Shown in pieces: positions 9,564 through 18,941 of a stretch of 64,000 nt of DNA. The stretch lies in the NCBI GenBank assembly GCA_963976765.1, contig CAXBME010000022.1:1-64000 (forward strand). The letters are read 5' to 3'. Every line of letters begins with the position of its first letter. The first letter of the stretch is position 1. Source of the stretch: an uncultured Planctomycetaceae bacterium. Its GTDB lineage: Bacteria > Planctomycetota > Planctomycetia > Planctomycetales > Planctomycetaceae. The notes below the pieces were generated by a model, which was not told the origin of the DNA, ran no database searches, and worked only from the letters and a program-made list of their open reading frames with translations. The translations under genes and the position numbers were made by a program.

Positions 9564-10247
9564 TTACACGGTCGACAGAGCAACACCGTCGTTTGCGAGT
9601 ACTCGCCATCGAAGATTGGCACCGCTGACACCTGCGTGCAGTACGATCTGATCGCCAGCATCTGCGGCTGTCAGTGTGTTGTTGCCGGCCTGGTTCACCG
9701 TCGTGCCACAGGTGATGACGCAGTCGCCACCGTCTGTTTTGAAATTCAGTGTCAGCATCTGGGCAGCGTATGACGGAGCGGCCAGCGTGCGTGTTTCCGC
9801 ACCAGCGGTGACGATGTTGACGTGTCCGGAACGGTCGACCGGAATCGCTTCGCCATCACCGGGATCGGCGATTTCGCTGGCGAGTGGTTCAGGTGGCGAC
9901 TGAGCAAACGCGGTACGGACAACGGTGTCGGATGAACCGGCTGCTTTAGTCGTTCGACCAATCCACGGACCGAGCGGTTCCGTGGTGGCGGCACCACTGC
10001 CAGCAGTGCCTCCCACCGGATCGCCGTCGGCGTCCCAGAAGACATCAACTCCGACCGCGATGGCGCCGGTTACTTTGACGATATCGTAGATGCCTTCGCA
10101 GGACAGAGAGCCCTGACGGTCAGCGGCGATGTCTGTGCGGGCAATCTCAACGCGAGCACCGGTAACGACGACGTCGCCAGCAGTGACAGCACTGGATGGC
10201 GTATGGTCGATGGCCCCCGGATTCTGAACGAGTGTGGCCTGTTTCAT
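9564..10247 (-). CDS. DUF2190-family capsid cement/decoration protein with an extra C-terminal domain
   Basis: IDHTPSSAVTAGDVVV...IAADRQGSL..EGIYD...GVDVFWD signature, then ~100 extra aa (ETRTLAAP...DGGDCVIT). Confidence 0.8.
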   Translation of the reverse strand: MKQATLVQNPGAIDHTPSSAVTAGDVVVTGARVEIARTDIAADRQGSLSCEGIYDIVKVTGAIAVGVDVFWDADGDPVGGTAGSGAATTEPLGPWIGRTTKAAGSSDTVVRTAFAQSPPEPLASEIADPGDGEAIPVDRSGHVNIVTAGAETRTLAAPSYAAQMLTLNFKTDGGDCVITCGTTVNQAGNNTLTAADAGDQIVLHAGVSGANLRWRVLANDGVALSTV

Positions 10248-10306
10248 GTGAAATCCTTTTCAGCGATTCGAATTCTTGCAGTGGCTGGTGAGTAGCTGGC
10301 GGCGAA

Positions 10307-10573
10307 TTACTTCTCCGCTGCTGCCTTGCGTTTGGTCTGGCGTTTGGCTGTCGATGGCTTTTCGTCGTCTCCGGCGTCGTTTTCCGACTGCTGGCCGGGA
10401 ACGTCGACTTCTTCCTGAGCCGCTTCATGAGCGGCGACGGCCTTGCGAAGTTCTTCGACGGTGATCTGGCGGGACTGCTCGGGGCACTCGATGCCAACCG
10501 CTTCACAGTCGGCTCGGTTAAGTGTCACCGTGCCGGTTTCGCCGAGGCCGGCCAGAAAGTCTCGATGAATCAT
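10307..10573 (-). CDS. Hypothetical phage protein
   Basis: 88 aa between capsid and DUF2190; charged tail. Confidence 0.55.
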   Translation of the reverse strand: MIHRDFLAGLGETGTVTLNRADCEAVGIECPEQSRQITVEELRKAVAAHEAAQEEVDVPGQQSENDAGDDEKPSTAKRQTKRKAAAEK

Positions 10574-10613
10574 GACTGTATCCTGAAGTTCGAAGTGTTG
10601 AGAGAATTAAGAA

Positions 10614-10659
10614 CTGGCAGGGCGTGCTGACAGGTTCCCGGAGGCACACGCCCTGCCAG
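10614..10659 (-). terminator. Stem-loop downstream of the major capsid gene
   Basis: ctggcagggcgtg...cacgccctgccag, 13-bp stem followed by TTCTT on the minus strand. Confidence 0.65.
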
Positions 10660-10669
10660 AGAGGATCGA

Positions 10670-13003
10670 TTATTCGCCAGCCGACTTTGTGGCGGCGGCG
10701 GGATCGCCGAACGAAACGCCGAAATCGAAGTAGCCTTCGATTGTGATGCCGTCGTTATCGAAGACACCGGCATCCGACTGGATGATTGGACTCTGTTGTC
10801 CATTCAGGAATGAGACATACATCGCGGCGAGGACAGCAGGATCGGCGAACAGGTACCACGCGAGTGAGGACTGGCCGCTGAGTGCGGTGCCATCAGGCGT
10901 CCGGATATTGGTGTTGTCCAGGTAAGCACTGTCGACGATACCGCCAGCGATTTTGCCGAGATGCGGGTTGCGATCGCCAATGGTCTGGTCCTCACCAGTA
11001 ATGCGTTGGCGGCTGGTGAGCAGTACATCGGCAGTGTCCTGCAGGCCGGTCGGGACCAGCATCAGATTTGGATCAGCCAGAATCGGCTGGCCGTACTGAT
11101 CGACGTGATGGCCGAAGTTCTTGCGAGCGGCTGTCAGGCCGGCATCACCCAGCACACTGCCGCCACCGGTCAGCAGGTTCTTGTTGCCGGTTGAGAAGAA
11201 GCTGCCGGTATTGGCCAGCAGCAACTGGAATACTTCGGATTCCAGGGCAGTCGCTCCGCCTCGACCCATCTGCTCCGGAATCTGAGCAAACGCGCTGATG
11301 TCGTCGTTGATTCTCATATGACGATTCAGAGTCAGCTTGCGACCGTAGGTGTCGAGCTGGTTGGTGAACTGCGATTCGTGAATGCGACCGTGCTGGATCT
11401 TTCCGTCCGGCCCCGTCTTACAAAAGCCGCCGTCCAGCGTGATGCGATACATCGTCATCGCCTTGAAGTCGCGGGCACTGGTCGTTTTCGCGATGCGAGG
11501 CCAGCGAACGTTGACCGACTGGTAAGCCATCAGCAGAGACTTGTTGGCTACGTTGCTGAGGATGCCCGGCAGACTGATCGTCGAGCTGCCACCGGATGCG
11601 TTCAGCATCTGCTGGCATTGCACGTAGTGTCGCCACTGTCCTTCGGTCTTGCGGCTGCCGGTCCACGGCTGCCCAGCGAGCAGACAGACAGCGTCCATCG
11701 TTTCCTGCAATCCCCAGCCCTGAAATCGCTCGGACATGGCGGCGTTCAGCACACGCTGTCGAGTGGCATCATCGAGTCCCGTGGCCAGAATCGGTACCCG
11801 CTGGTCGCCTCGTTGGACGTCAGCAGGCAGTCCGAGTGAGAGACACATCGCGGCTTCGATGACGTTACGGTCAAACTGTCCATTGTCCACGTTGACGCCT
11901 CCGGTGCCGGTTGATTGAGGACGCTGTGCGCGGCTGAGAGCCAGGGCAGTACGGTCCGCAGACCAGCCGGCTTCAATCGCGTGAGAAACCCCACGGACAG
12001 TCGTTTCGCTGTCCGGGTCGTATTCGCCAGCGGCGTTGATGGGAACAAGTCCGTTGCCGTACTGAGCGCCGGCTGCTTCGATCTGCTCGATGCGTCGTAA
12101 TTCAGCCGCGTGACGTGTGCGAAGTGTGGCGATCGTACTGTCGGCACCGAGTGAGGCACCGTCTCCGCCAGCAGCCTGAATCACTGTCGATGTCGCTGCG
12201 GATTGAGTCGCTGTGGCGACACCGGCTGCCGGAGTCTGCGCCGCTTGCGCGGCATCAGCGCCTGCTGAAGCTTTCAGTTCGGCTTCGAACTGTGCCTTCA
12301 GGAACTTTTTACCATCTTCTGACAGAGCTGATTCGTCGAAGCCTTTTGCGGTGAGCCATGCGGAGAACTTCATCTGTTCGCTTCCTTGCGAGTCTGCGGA
12401 GGCGATCAAAGCCGCTGCGGGCTCCCGATCGGCACCGACGGGGACAAACGACGTCTCCGTGAGACGTGTTTTCGGGTAGTAGTAAAACGGGCCTTCCAAC
12501 TGGCGACCGTTGACATTCAGTGAGTTGCCTTCAGCAATCAGCACGGCATCAGTGAGCGGCTTGGCGCCCACTGAAGTCTGCCACGAAAAACCTCGTCGAG
12601 CGTTGTCGCTGACTTCTTTCGCTCGCGGCCCAGTGCCGTTGACCAGCCCGGACAACTGCAACTGGCCATTGGCTTTGACGAGTCGATTGGCCTGGCCGAT
12701 CACTTCGTCGTGCCTGTGATTGAAGAGCATCGGCAGCACGCCACTGTCAGGCAGCAACATGCCTTCGAGATCGATCACGACAGGCAGGTCATGTGTGACC
12801 AGGTCAAGGTAGCCGCCGTGATAAGCGATCAGCGAGAACTGAGGGACTCGATCGCCGTCGGCTTTCAGATCCTGAAATTCGGTGCCACTTGCAGTCAGGA
12901 TCAGGTCGCTAGCTGTGCTGGCTTCGAGGCGATTCGCCCGTGATCGGAGTTTCTTTTCCTTGCGGCGTTTACGCCGCTGCACTTTTTCAGGCCGGTTGGT
13001 CAT
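10670..13003 (-). CDS. Prohead protease-scaffold-major capsid fusion protein
   Basis: N-terminal protease (LFNHRHDEVIG, WQTSVGA, ETSFVPVGAD), Ala-rich linker, then capsid motifs (ILSNVANKSL, RDFK, TYGRKLTLNRHMRINDDISAF, MLVPTGL, YFDFG). ATGA overlap with the portal stop. Confidence 0.9.
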   Translation of the reverse strand: MTNRPEKVQRRKRRKEKKLRSRANRLEASTASDLILTASGTEFQDLKADGDRVPQFSLIAYHGGYLDLVTHDLPVVIDLEGMLLPDSGVLPMLFNHRHDEVIGQANRLVKANGQLQLSGLVNGTGPRAKEVSDNARRGFSWQTSVGAKPLTDAVLIAEGNSLNVNGRQLEGPFYYYPKTRLTETSFVPVGADREPAAALIASADSQGSEQMKFSAWLTAKGFDESALSEDGKKFLKAQFEAELKASAGADAAQAAQTPAAGVATATQSAATSTVIQAAGGDGASLGADSTIATLRTRHAAELRRIEQIEAAGAQYGNGLVPINAAGEYDPDSETTVRGVSHAIEAGWSADRTALALSRAQRPQSTGTGGVNVDNGQFDRNVIEAAMCLSLGLPADVQRGDQRVPILATGLDDATRQRVLNAAMSERFQGWGLQETMDAVCLLAGQPWTGSRKTEGQWRHYVQCQQMLNASGGSSTISLPGILSNVANKSLLMAYQSVNVRWPRIAKTTSARDFKAMTMYRITLDGGFCKTGPDGKIQHGRIHESQFTNQLDTYGRKLTLNRHMRINDDISAFAQIPEQMGRGGATALESEVFQLLLANTGSFFSTGNKNLLTGGGSVLGDAGLTAARKNFGHHVDQYGQPILADPNLMLVPTGLQDTADVLLTSRQRITGEDQTIGDRNPHLGKIAGGIVDSAYLDNTNIRTPDGTALSGQSSLAWYLFADPAVLAAMYVSFLNGQQSPIIQSDAGVFDNDGITIEGYFDFGVSFGDPAAATKSAGE

Positions 13004-14790
13004 ACGAGCAGAGCCTCCGTTTGCTGTCTTTGTTCGGCGGCGGTTCGCTCGGAATCAGCAATGGCGTTGATCGGCTGCTGCTCTTTGCTGCTGCCTTTGC
13101 TTTGAGCCTTGCCGGAGGTCGCGCCGGTTGGTGGGTTCGGAGCCGCTCCAGTGTTCTTCGGAGCGAACGTGGCCTGAGCCAGCAGCTTCCGGTATTCATC
13201 GACGGTCAGTCCGAAGTCGGCGGCGTTTTCGCGATCGATCGTGTCGATGTCCTGACCGGTGGCGAGGCGAACTTCACGGCGGCGGCTGTTCGTGCCGGAC
13301 TTGATACGATGTGTGCGTCCGACGGCTTCTTTCGTCGGGTCGGTATCACGCGGCTGATCCCAGAACCATTCGTGAGGCAGTGACTTCAGAATCAGCGAGG
13401 CTTCTTCGTAGCCAGCAGCGTGAAGTTCTGCCGGTGCCAGTGCGAGGTCAGCGAGCGTCGGCACTTCACTACCGCCTCGCAGCCATGTCGCCAGGTGGCC
13501 TCGTCCGAGGATGTCCATGTAGCCAGCAGCGCCCTGCAGAGCTGGGAGCTTTGGCAGGTACTGCTCTGAATTCAGAGCCGGTACAGCGGGCATCAGGCCT
13601 ATCATGGCCAGTTCTTTGGCGAAGTCGCAGAACAGAGGGCTCAGGTGCTGTTCGCCGACGTCGTGACGCTCGATATCAATGTTGCCGAGGTAGTCACGAT
13701 CGGCCAGCTTGCCGCTGACGTAGTTCGTTTTCGAGTAGTCTCCGGTGGCTTTATGGTGAGACATGCCCATCCCGCCGGCCTGTTCCTTGCTGAGTTCGTT
13801 CGTGAACTCGCCGAACGTGGCGGTAGGCTGTTCGGCCTTCATCTGCTCCATGCCCCAGCCGCGTGGCAGGGTGACCAGGTGACCCATTTCGAACTGAATC
13901 AGGTCTCCGACTTCGTCATCGTCTGCAGCGTCACTGACGGCGCCGGTGTTGGTACGAATGATCCCGGCGATCGCCGCTGCGAGTTCCGCCGCCGTCAGCA
14001 CAGTCTGCCGGTATCGTCGCGATTGACCGGTAGGGTTCAGGATGGCTGCCGTTTCCGGGACCGCTCTGTCCTGTTCCGCGAATCGCGAGCTGATCCAGTA
14101 GATGACGAATTCGGCGGGAATCGTGTCGTACAGCAGCGGCGAAGCGGCGTAGTCAGCGTTTGGGTGGTCTCTTAGCAGGTCGATTGATTCGAGGTTGCCC
14201 CAGCGGTCTTTTTTGATTCCATCGGATCGATATCGCGACGTGGCAAACATATCCGGAGTGTGCAGTCGATCGACGTCAGTCACTCGCAGATCCAGTTTAA
14301 CGGCATGGCGAAGCTTCGGGTTGTGAGCTTTCAGTAGCAGGCCCGCTCCGTCGACCTGACGACAGACCAGACTGAGACGCAGACGTGCGCCGAGATACAC
14401 AGCCTTTGACCATTGGAGCCACTGGTCCTCGATGAACCGGTTGCCCTGAGCACTCTGACTGTTGAGCTGGACTCGAGGGCACGTGCCGACCGTGTCGTTG
14501 GCTTTCTGGATGACCATTCGCTGAACGAATCCATTGTTGCTGAATTCATATCGCGAGCGGGCTCGAAGCACTTTCTGGACAGCGGGACTGTGAGCGGCAT
14601 TGGCCGACTGGATCTCAGCGTTCTGCCAGTAGTTCTGCATGACTCGCGACTGTCGGGCCGCGTCGTAACTGGCCTGCAGTTGTCGCCGGCTCATCGTTCG
14701 CGGTTGCGATGACGGCGCATCAGTTGACGGCGAGGCTGTATCAGCCGCGATGCGCGTCAAATGGATTTCGCTCGTATCGATCTGGAACAT
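13000..14790 (-). CDS. Phage portal protein, lambda gpB family
   Basis: SYDAA, LRARSRYEFSNN, DGIKKDRWG, TGDYSKTNYVSG and DPTKEA motifs. Confidence 0.92.
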   Translation of the reverse strand: MFQIDTSEIHLTRIAADTASPSTDAPSSQPRTMSRRQLQASYDAARQSRVMQNYWQNAEIQSANAAHSPAVQKVLRARSRYEFSNNGFVQRMVIQKANDTVGTCPRVQLNSQSAQGNRFIEDQWLQWSKAVYLGARLRLSLVCRQVDGAGLLLKAHNPKLRHAVKLDLRVTDVDRLHTPDMFATSRYRSDGIKKDRWGNLESIDLLRDHPNADYAASPLLYDTIPAEFVIYWISSRFAEQDRAVPETAAILNPTGQSRRYRQTVLTAAELAAAIAGIIRTNTGAVSDAADDDEVGDLIQFEMGHLVTLPRGWGMEQMKAEQPTATFGEFTNELSKEQAGGMGMSHHKATGDYSKTNYVSGKLADRDYLGNIDIERHDVGEQHLSPLFCDFAKELAMIGLMPAVPALNSEQYLPKLPALQGAAGYMDILGRGHLATWLRGGSEVPTLADLALAPAELHAAGYEEASLILKSLPHEWFWDQPRDTDPTKEAVGRTHRIKSGTNSRRREVRLATGQDIDTIDRENAADFGLTVDEYRKLLAQATFAPKNTGAAPNPPTGATSGKAQSKGSSKEQQPINAIADSERTAAEQRQQTEALLV

Positions 14791-14801
14791 GAGCTTCCGT
14801 G

Positions 14802-14996
14802 CTACTGGGTGCCGCCGAGTCCAATGGGACTGATCTGGAGTCCGCGATTCTTCCTCTTCACGGCATCCCTGCCGGCGAGGTATTCGTCTGCTTCAATCAG
14901 ATCCTTGAGTCCGTGCCGCGTGACCTTGACGCCATCCGCGACAATCTCTTTGGCTTTTCCGGCAGCGGTGTTGATGTCGGGGCGTGCTTCAGTCAT
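14802..14996 (-). CDS. Head completion protein (lambda gpW-like)
   Basis: 64 aa (DGVKVTRHGLKDLIEADEYL) in the gpW position between terminase and portal. Confidence 0.7.
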   Translation of the reverse strand: MTEARPDINTAAGKAKEIVADGVKVTRHGLKDLIEADEYLAGRDAVKRKNRGLQISPIGLGGTQ

Positions 14997-15065
14997 GGGG
15001 CGGGACGTTACGCTCGTCGCGACAGATGACTGAGAGCAACAATTGCCGATGGCAATTGTTGGACA

Positions 15066-15365
15066 TCATTCACACCGGTATTCACGGCAGCGGTCAACGC
15101 GATGCTGTCCGCATTTCAGGCACGTACAGCGACGGAGCACGATGACTTCCCGCAGCTGGCTGTCTGTCGTCAGGCTGGATGATTCGATCTGCTGAGTCTG
15201 TTCGTACTTCGTGCGATCGGTGCAGCCGCATGCGGGACAGGTCGAGAGCGAAACATCGCACACCAGATACTCACGATGCGGCGAACCGGCTGGCCGGCCA
15301 CGTGGGCGGCTGTCTTCCCCAGCAAGTCGGCGGCGCTGGCGTTCGGCGAGGCTGGGGCGTTTCAT
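15066..15365 (-). CDS. Zinc-ribbon protein (Ogr/Delta-like Cys spacing)
   Basis: CPACG...CLKCG; basic N-terminus with RPRGRP; ATGA overlap with the terminase stop. Confidence 0.65.
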   Translation of the reverse strand: MKRPSLAERQRRRLAGEDSRPRGRPAGSPHREYLVCDVSLSTCPACGCTDRTKYEQTQQIESSSLTTDSQLREVIVLRRCTCLKCGQHRVDRCREYRCE

Positions 15366-17677
15366 GCGGCCCGCTCCAGTCGCTCGCGTTGCCGCTCCTG
15401 CAGGCTCTTGCGTTTTGGTTTTGTCCGACCTGAAGGACGGTTCCAGAGCTGGCAGCCTTCGTGAGCGGCCAGTACGACACAGCCGACTGTTGTGTCAAAC
15501 CAGTGGTTGTCATGACCGGCGGGACAATCCCACTTGTCGTATTTCTTGGTGCCTTCCGGTGTCCGTATCTCGATCGGCGTTCTTTTCTCGGCACGCTGAT
15601 GCTCGGCGAAGGTCTGATGAAGATGCGACGGATTCTGGAAGAGAGACAGCGAACCAGGCTCGCCGGCGTCGGTGGCCCATAGTCGATGTGTGAAAGTCTT
15701 CCAGTGGTTCGGCATGTAGGAGAACTGCCGAATTTTGAACTTGTGATTGGTTCTCGCTCTCCAGCAGTCTCCGGATTTATCACCGGTTTGAGGTTTTCCT
15801 GTGAATTCGGAATCGACACCCATCGCGGAAAACACGAGCGGAGAATCGAAGGCGGCGATGATGTCACGGAGTTCGTTCGTCAGTTCTCCGTCGCGACAGT
15901 CGACACCAATTCGCTGGATCTTCATCAGGCGTTCGTCCTGACTGTGGAATTCCATGTCATGCAGGAATTTCAGGCAGTCGTTCATCCCCTGACGAATGAC
16001 GTTGTGTAGTCCGAGCTTTGCATTGCGCTTGCCTTTGTATTCGTTCTGGAGTTTTCGGCGTACCTGACTGAGCTTGAAGTTGCGAGTCTTCTGATCCGGC
16101 CACGCTCCGTAATCGAGGATGTACGCGTTGTAGTTCTTTTTGTTGAAGGCAATCACACACCAGTAGAACACGCTGTGCTGGACATCAACAAAGGCAGTAA
16201 TCACGTCGGCATCGTTTGGCACGACTCGCATGGTCTGCTGATGCTTCTTCTCTTTGATTTCGTCGATCGTCAGCAGGTCCGCATCGGGATCGGCTTCGCC
16301 TTCCGGCTTCTGCATGAACTCTGACCAGAAGCTTTCCGGCCTGGTCAGATACCAACTGATCGCGTGCTGGATGGCGGAGACGTAGCCTTCTTCGATTCGC
16401 TCAGGCCAGTAGTGGCTGATGGTCGCGTCGAGTTTCTTCTGATGCTTTGTGTAGAAGGCGTTGGAGAGCGGGTATTCTTCGCCGTTCATTTCCTGCACGA
16501 AGATCTCGCGGTACTGCTCCCAGAGTTCGATTGATTCTTCCGGGATGCCTGCGAAGTCAGTCAGAGCGGGGATGCGTTCGGACTTCCAGCCGGGCGCTCC
16601 GGTCAGGATTTTGTCCGCAAGGTCATTCTGTTCGATGACCGTGCAGGGCATGATTCCGGCGATACGTTTGCCGGGACCAGCGAGGCCACGTACGCCCTTG
16701 TCGATCGTCTTGTATCGCTTCTTCGTTTCCTCTGGACTCATCGCTGACTCGTCAGTCTGCGGGTCGTCGAGTATTACGAGGTCAGGCCGAATGATGCGGC
16801 CACCGATGCGGTGGATCATGCCTCGCATGTGACCGCCGAGGCCGCGAGTTCTGATGCAGGCGCCGGCGGAAACACTGCCGGGGATGCGTGGCAACTGGAC
16901 CTTGTCGGCGTCCCACTTCATCCGCGTGGATTTGCCCTGGTACAACTGCCCCTTAGTCTTGATGGCTTTGTCTTCGAGTTCCGCGCACGGAATCGAGATC
17001 TCGGGAAAGTCGGCGGCGAAGATCGGGAAGTCTTCGCCTTCGAGGATTGCCTTGACGATCGTCATCAGCTCGACAGCGGATTCCTTCGTCGCGCCGAACA
17101 GCACGACGGACTGACGATGTCCGTAGGAGATGGCCCAACAGACAGCGGCGATGGCGATGGTCGTTTTTCCGGACCCGCGCGGCATCGCGAGTGCGAACAG
17201 GCCACCTTTCAGGACAGCTCGTTCGGCCTTCTCGAATACTTTCAGGTGAGCTGGTGACCAGTCCAGATCGAAGAAGTCGGGCAGATACGTTTCGCAGTAA
17301 AGCTGCAGACTGAATCGGCAGGATTCTCGCCGATCGATGTCTGCCGGTGGTGGCAGTGCTGTCCAGTTACCTGCGTCGTCTCTGTCGCAGAGGTCGCGTC
17401 CGGCGCGAGTGATTTCTCGCCCCCGCTTCGCCGCCCGATTCGTGTGCGATACGTGCTGTTCACGCTGCCGGTTCTCAGTCGCTGTGACGCGGCCGGCGGG
17501 CTTATGTGACTTCGCTGGTGACTTCTTTGCAGGAGCTTTGGACGCAGACTTCTGCTGCGGTGCAGCGGCTTTTTTGCGAGCGGCTGCCGGCTTCTTACTG
17601 GACGCCTTCTTATTTGTCGCTGACTTCTTCGGGCGACTTGTTGGCGGCTTCTTTGTTGTTGCTGTCTTTTTGGCCAT
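15362..17677 (-). CDS. Terminase large subunit with gpA-type nuclease domain and Lys/Ala-rich N-terminal tail
   Basis: Walker A MPRGSGKT, Walker B LVILDD, nuclease motifs ITAFVDVQ, IGVD and DNHWFD. Confidence 0.9.
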   Translation of the reverse strand: MAKKTATTKKPPTSRPKKSATNKKASSKKPAAARKKAAAPQQKSASKAPAKKSPAKSHKPAGRVTATENRQREQHVSHTNRAAKRGREITRAGRDLCDRDDAGNWTALPPPADIDRRESCRFSLQLYCETYLPDFFDLDWSPAHLKVFEKAERAVLKGGLFALAMPRGSGKTTIAIAAVCWAISYGHRQSVVLFGATKESAVELMTIVKAILEGEDFPIFAADFPEISIPCAELEDKAIKTKGQLYQGKSTRMKWDADKVQLPRIPGSVSAGACIRTRGLGGHMRGMIHRIGGRIIRPDLVILDDPQTDESAMSPEETKKRYKTIDKGVRGLAGPGKRIAGIMPCTVIEQNDLADKILTGAPGWKSERIPALTDFAGIPEESIELWEQYREIFVQEMNGEEYPLSNAFYTKHQKKLDATISHYWPERIEEGYVSAIQHAISWYLTRPESFWSEFMQKPEGEADPDADLLTIDEIKEKKHQQTMRVVPNDADVITAFVDVQHSVFYWCVIAFNKKNYNAYILDYGAWPDQKTRNFKLSQVRRKLQNEYKGKRNAKLGLHNVIRQGMNDCLKFLHDMEFHSQDERLMKIQRIGVDCRDGELTNELRDIIAAFDSPLVFSAMGVDSEFTGKPQTGDKSGDCWRARTNHKFKIRQFSYMPNHWKTFTHRLWATDAGEPGSLSLFQNPSHLHQTFAEHQRAEKRTPIEIRTPEGTKKYDKWDCPAGHDNHWFDTTVGCVVLAAHEGCQLWNRPSGRTKPKRKSLQERQRERLERAA

Positions 17678-17754
17678 CCGTGGCTTTGGAAAGAGGCGAG
17701 GGGACTAGGCCAGATATCCGCACACAAAAGCTGTCCCTTCATTCGCTGCACACT

Positions 17755-18096
17755 TTACGCGGCTGCGTTCTCGTTGCAGGCGATGGCGGCGTTCGTGAGC
17801 ATGGTGACATCCTGCAGGTGTTCCAGAGCTCGCGTGCGTTCTGGTGAATCCGGAGCCAGATCCAGAATCAACTCGACCATAGCTCGCCCCGCTGCGCGAA
17901 TGCGTCCGTAGCGTTTGCCCTGATCACCGATGGGCGGGTGGTACTCGAAACGGTTCAGCCAGTATTCACGCATCTCTTCATCATCCGCGACATCCAGTTC
18001 CGGACACGTCTCTTTGCAGAGTCGTGGTCCGGTGGGGGCGTCGCCGGGTTGCCAGAGTGGATCGGGTTTGCTGGCGGGCTGTGGTGTGTCACTCAT
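17755..18096 (-). CDS. Acb2/Tad1-family signalling-nucleotide sponge (anti-defence) candidate
   Basis: RFEYHPP..DQ..RY..IR...LAPDSPERTRALEHLQDVTMLTNAAIACNE matches the remembered FxYHxP...PxSRExSLAxTxLEExxMWxNAAIA pattern. Confidence 0.75.
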   Translation of the reverse strand: MSDTPQPASKPDPLWQPGDAPTGPRLCKETCPELDVADDEEMREYWLNRFEYHPPIGDQGKRYGRIRAAGRAMVELILDLAPDSPERTRALEHLQDVTMLTNAAIACNENAAA

Positions 18097-18512
18097 GACG
18101 GGTTCTCGCTCCGGTCAACAGTGGAAACTGTTTCGAGGGTGATGCCGGCTCGGCAGCAGACCATGCGGCAGCGGTCGACGTAAAGACGTTCGTGATCGTG
18201 ACCTCTCAGCAGCAGGATGACCTTCGGCCGCCGGCCGGTGAGTTCGGCGTAGAGCAGAGACTGACCGATGGATTCTTTCCATTTTTTGACCCACTCGACT
18301 TCGATCGCGTAGTCGTCGGTCAGCACATCGCAGCGGGAGTTGTCGATCGTGCGGTATTCAGCGACGCCGCCGAGTTTCGCGGCGAGATACTTCGACCAGG
18401 CGGGCTCGTTATCGGACGGCAGCGGCGTGGACAGTGACAACCCGGTGACGTTCCAGCCGCGTGGCAGCGTGCAGATTGTTTGACGTTCCGTCGTGAACTG
18501 ATCGCCGTTCAT
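18093..18512 (-). CDS. PD-(D/E)XK nuclease-like phage protein
   Basis: EYRTIDNSRCDVLTDDYAIEVEW..KWKESIGQSLLYA; ATGA-coupled at both ends. Confidence 0.65.
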   Translation of the reverse strand: MNGDQFTTERQTICTLPRGWNVTGLSLSTPLPSDNEPAWSKYLAAKLGGVAEYRTIDNSRCDVLTDDYAIEVEWVKKWKESIGQSLLYAELTGRRPKVILLLRGHDHERLYVDRCRMVCCRAGITLETVSTVDRSENPS

Positions 18513-18889
18513 TCGCTGGCCTCCGTGTGGCGGCTTACCAGCAGGGCGAGCCATTCGCGAAACGAGGGGCGGCGGGTCCAGTAATTGAACGCCAGCACGC
18601 CCCAGAATCGGACTCGGCGGAAATAGAAGTGTCGGGTAAAGAACGGGCATCCGCTGACCTTGAGATTTCTCAGGAAATGCCGGTCGGCTTTTTTGCGATC
18701 TGATTCACAGCCACCAATCTGATAAGCAAAGTCGTGCCAGCGGCAGGCTTCACGGAGATCGGCTCCGTTGATGGCTCGGTCTGGAGCGCAGGTGCAGCCG
18801 TCGCTCTTGAATGCCGTGTATGGAGCTTCGCCGGAGAACAGACGGCGGGCGAGGCATGGTGACATGTGTTTGATCGGCTTCTTTGTCAT
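18509..18889 (-). CDS. Prokaryotic phospholipase A2-like protein
   Basis: FKSDGCTCAPD...ACRWHDFAY..GG...RKKAD (CxxHDxxY motif plus downstream Asp); AAGG upstream of ATG 18889. Confidence 0.65.
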   Translation of the reverse strand: MTKKPIKHMSPCLARRLFSGEAPYTAFKSDGCTCAPDRAINGADLREACRWHDFAYQIGGCESDRKKADRHFLRNLKVSGCPFFTRHFYFRRVRFWGVLAFNYWTRRPSFREWLALLVSRHTEASE

Positions 18890-18941
18890 GGAAACACCTT
18901 GTTTGCGATGCCAGGGGCAAGAAGTCTCAGCCAGAGCAGCA

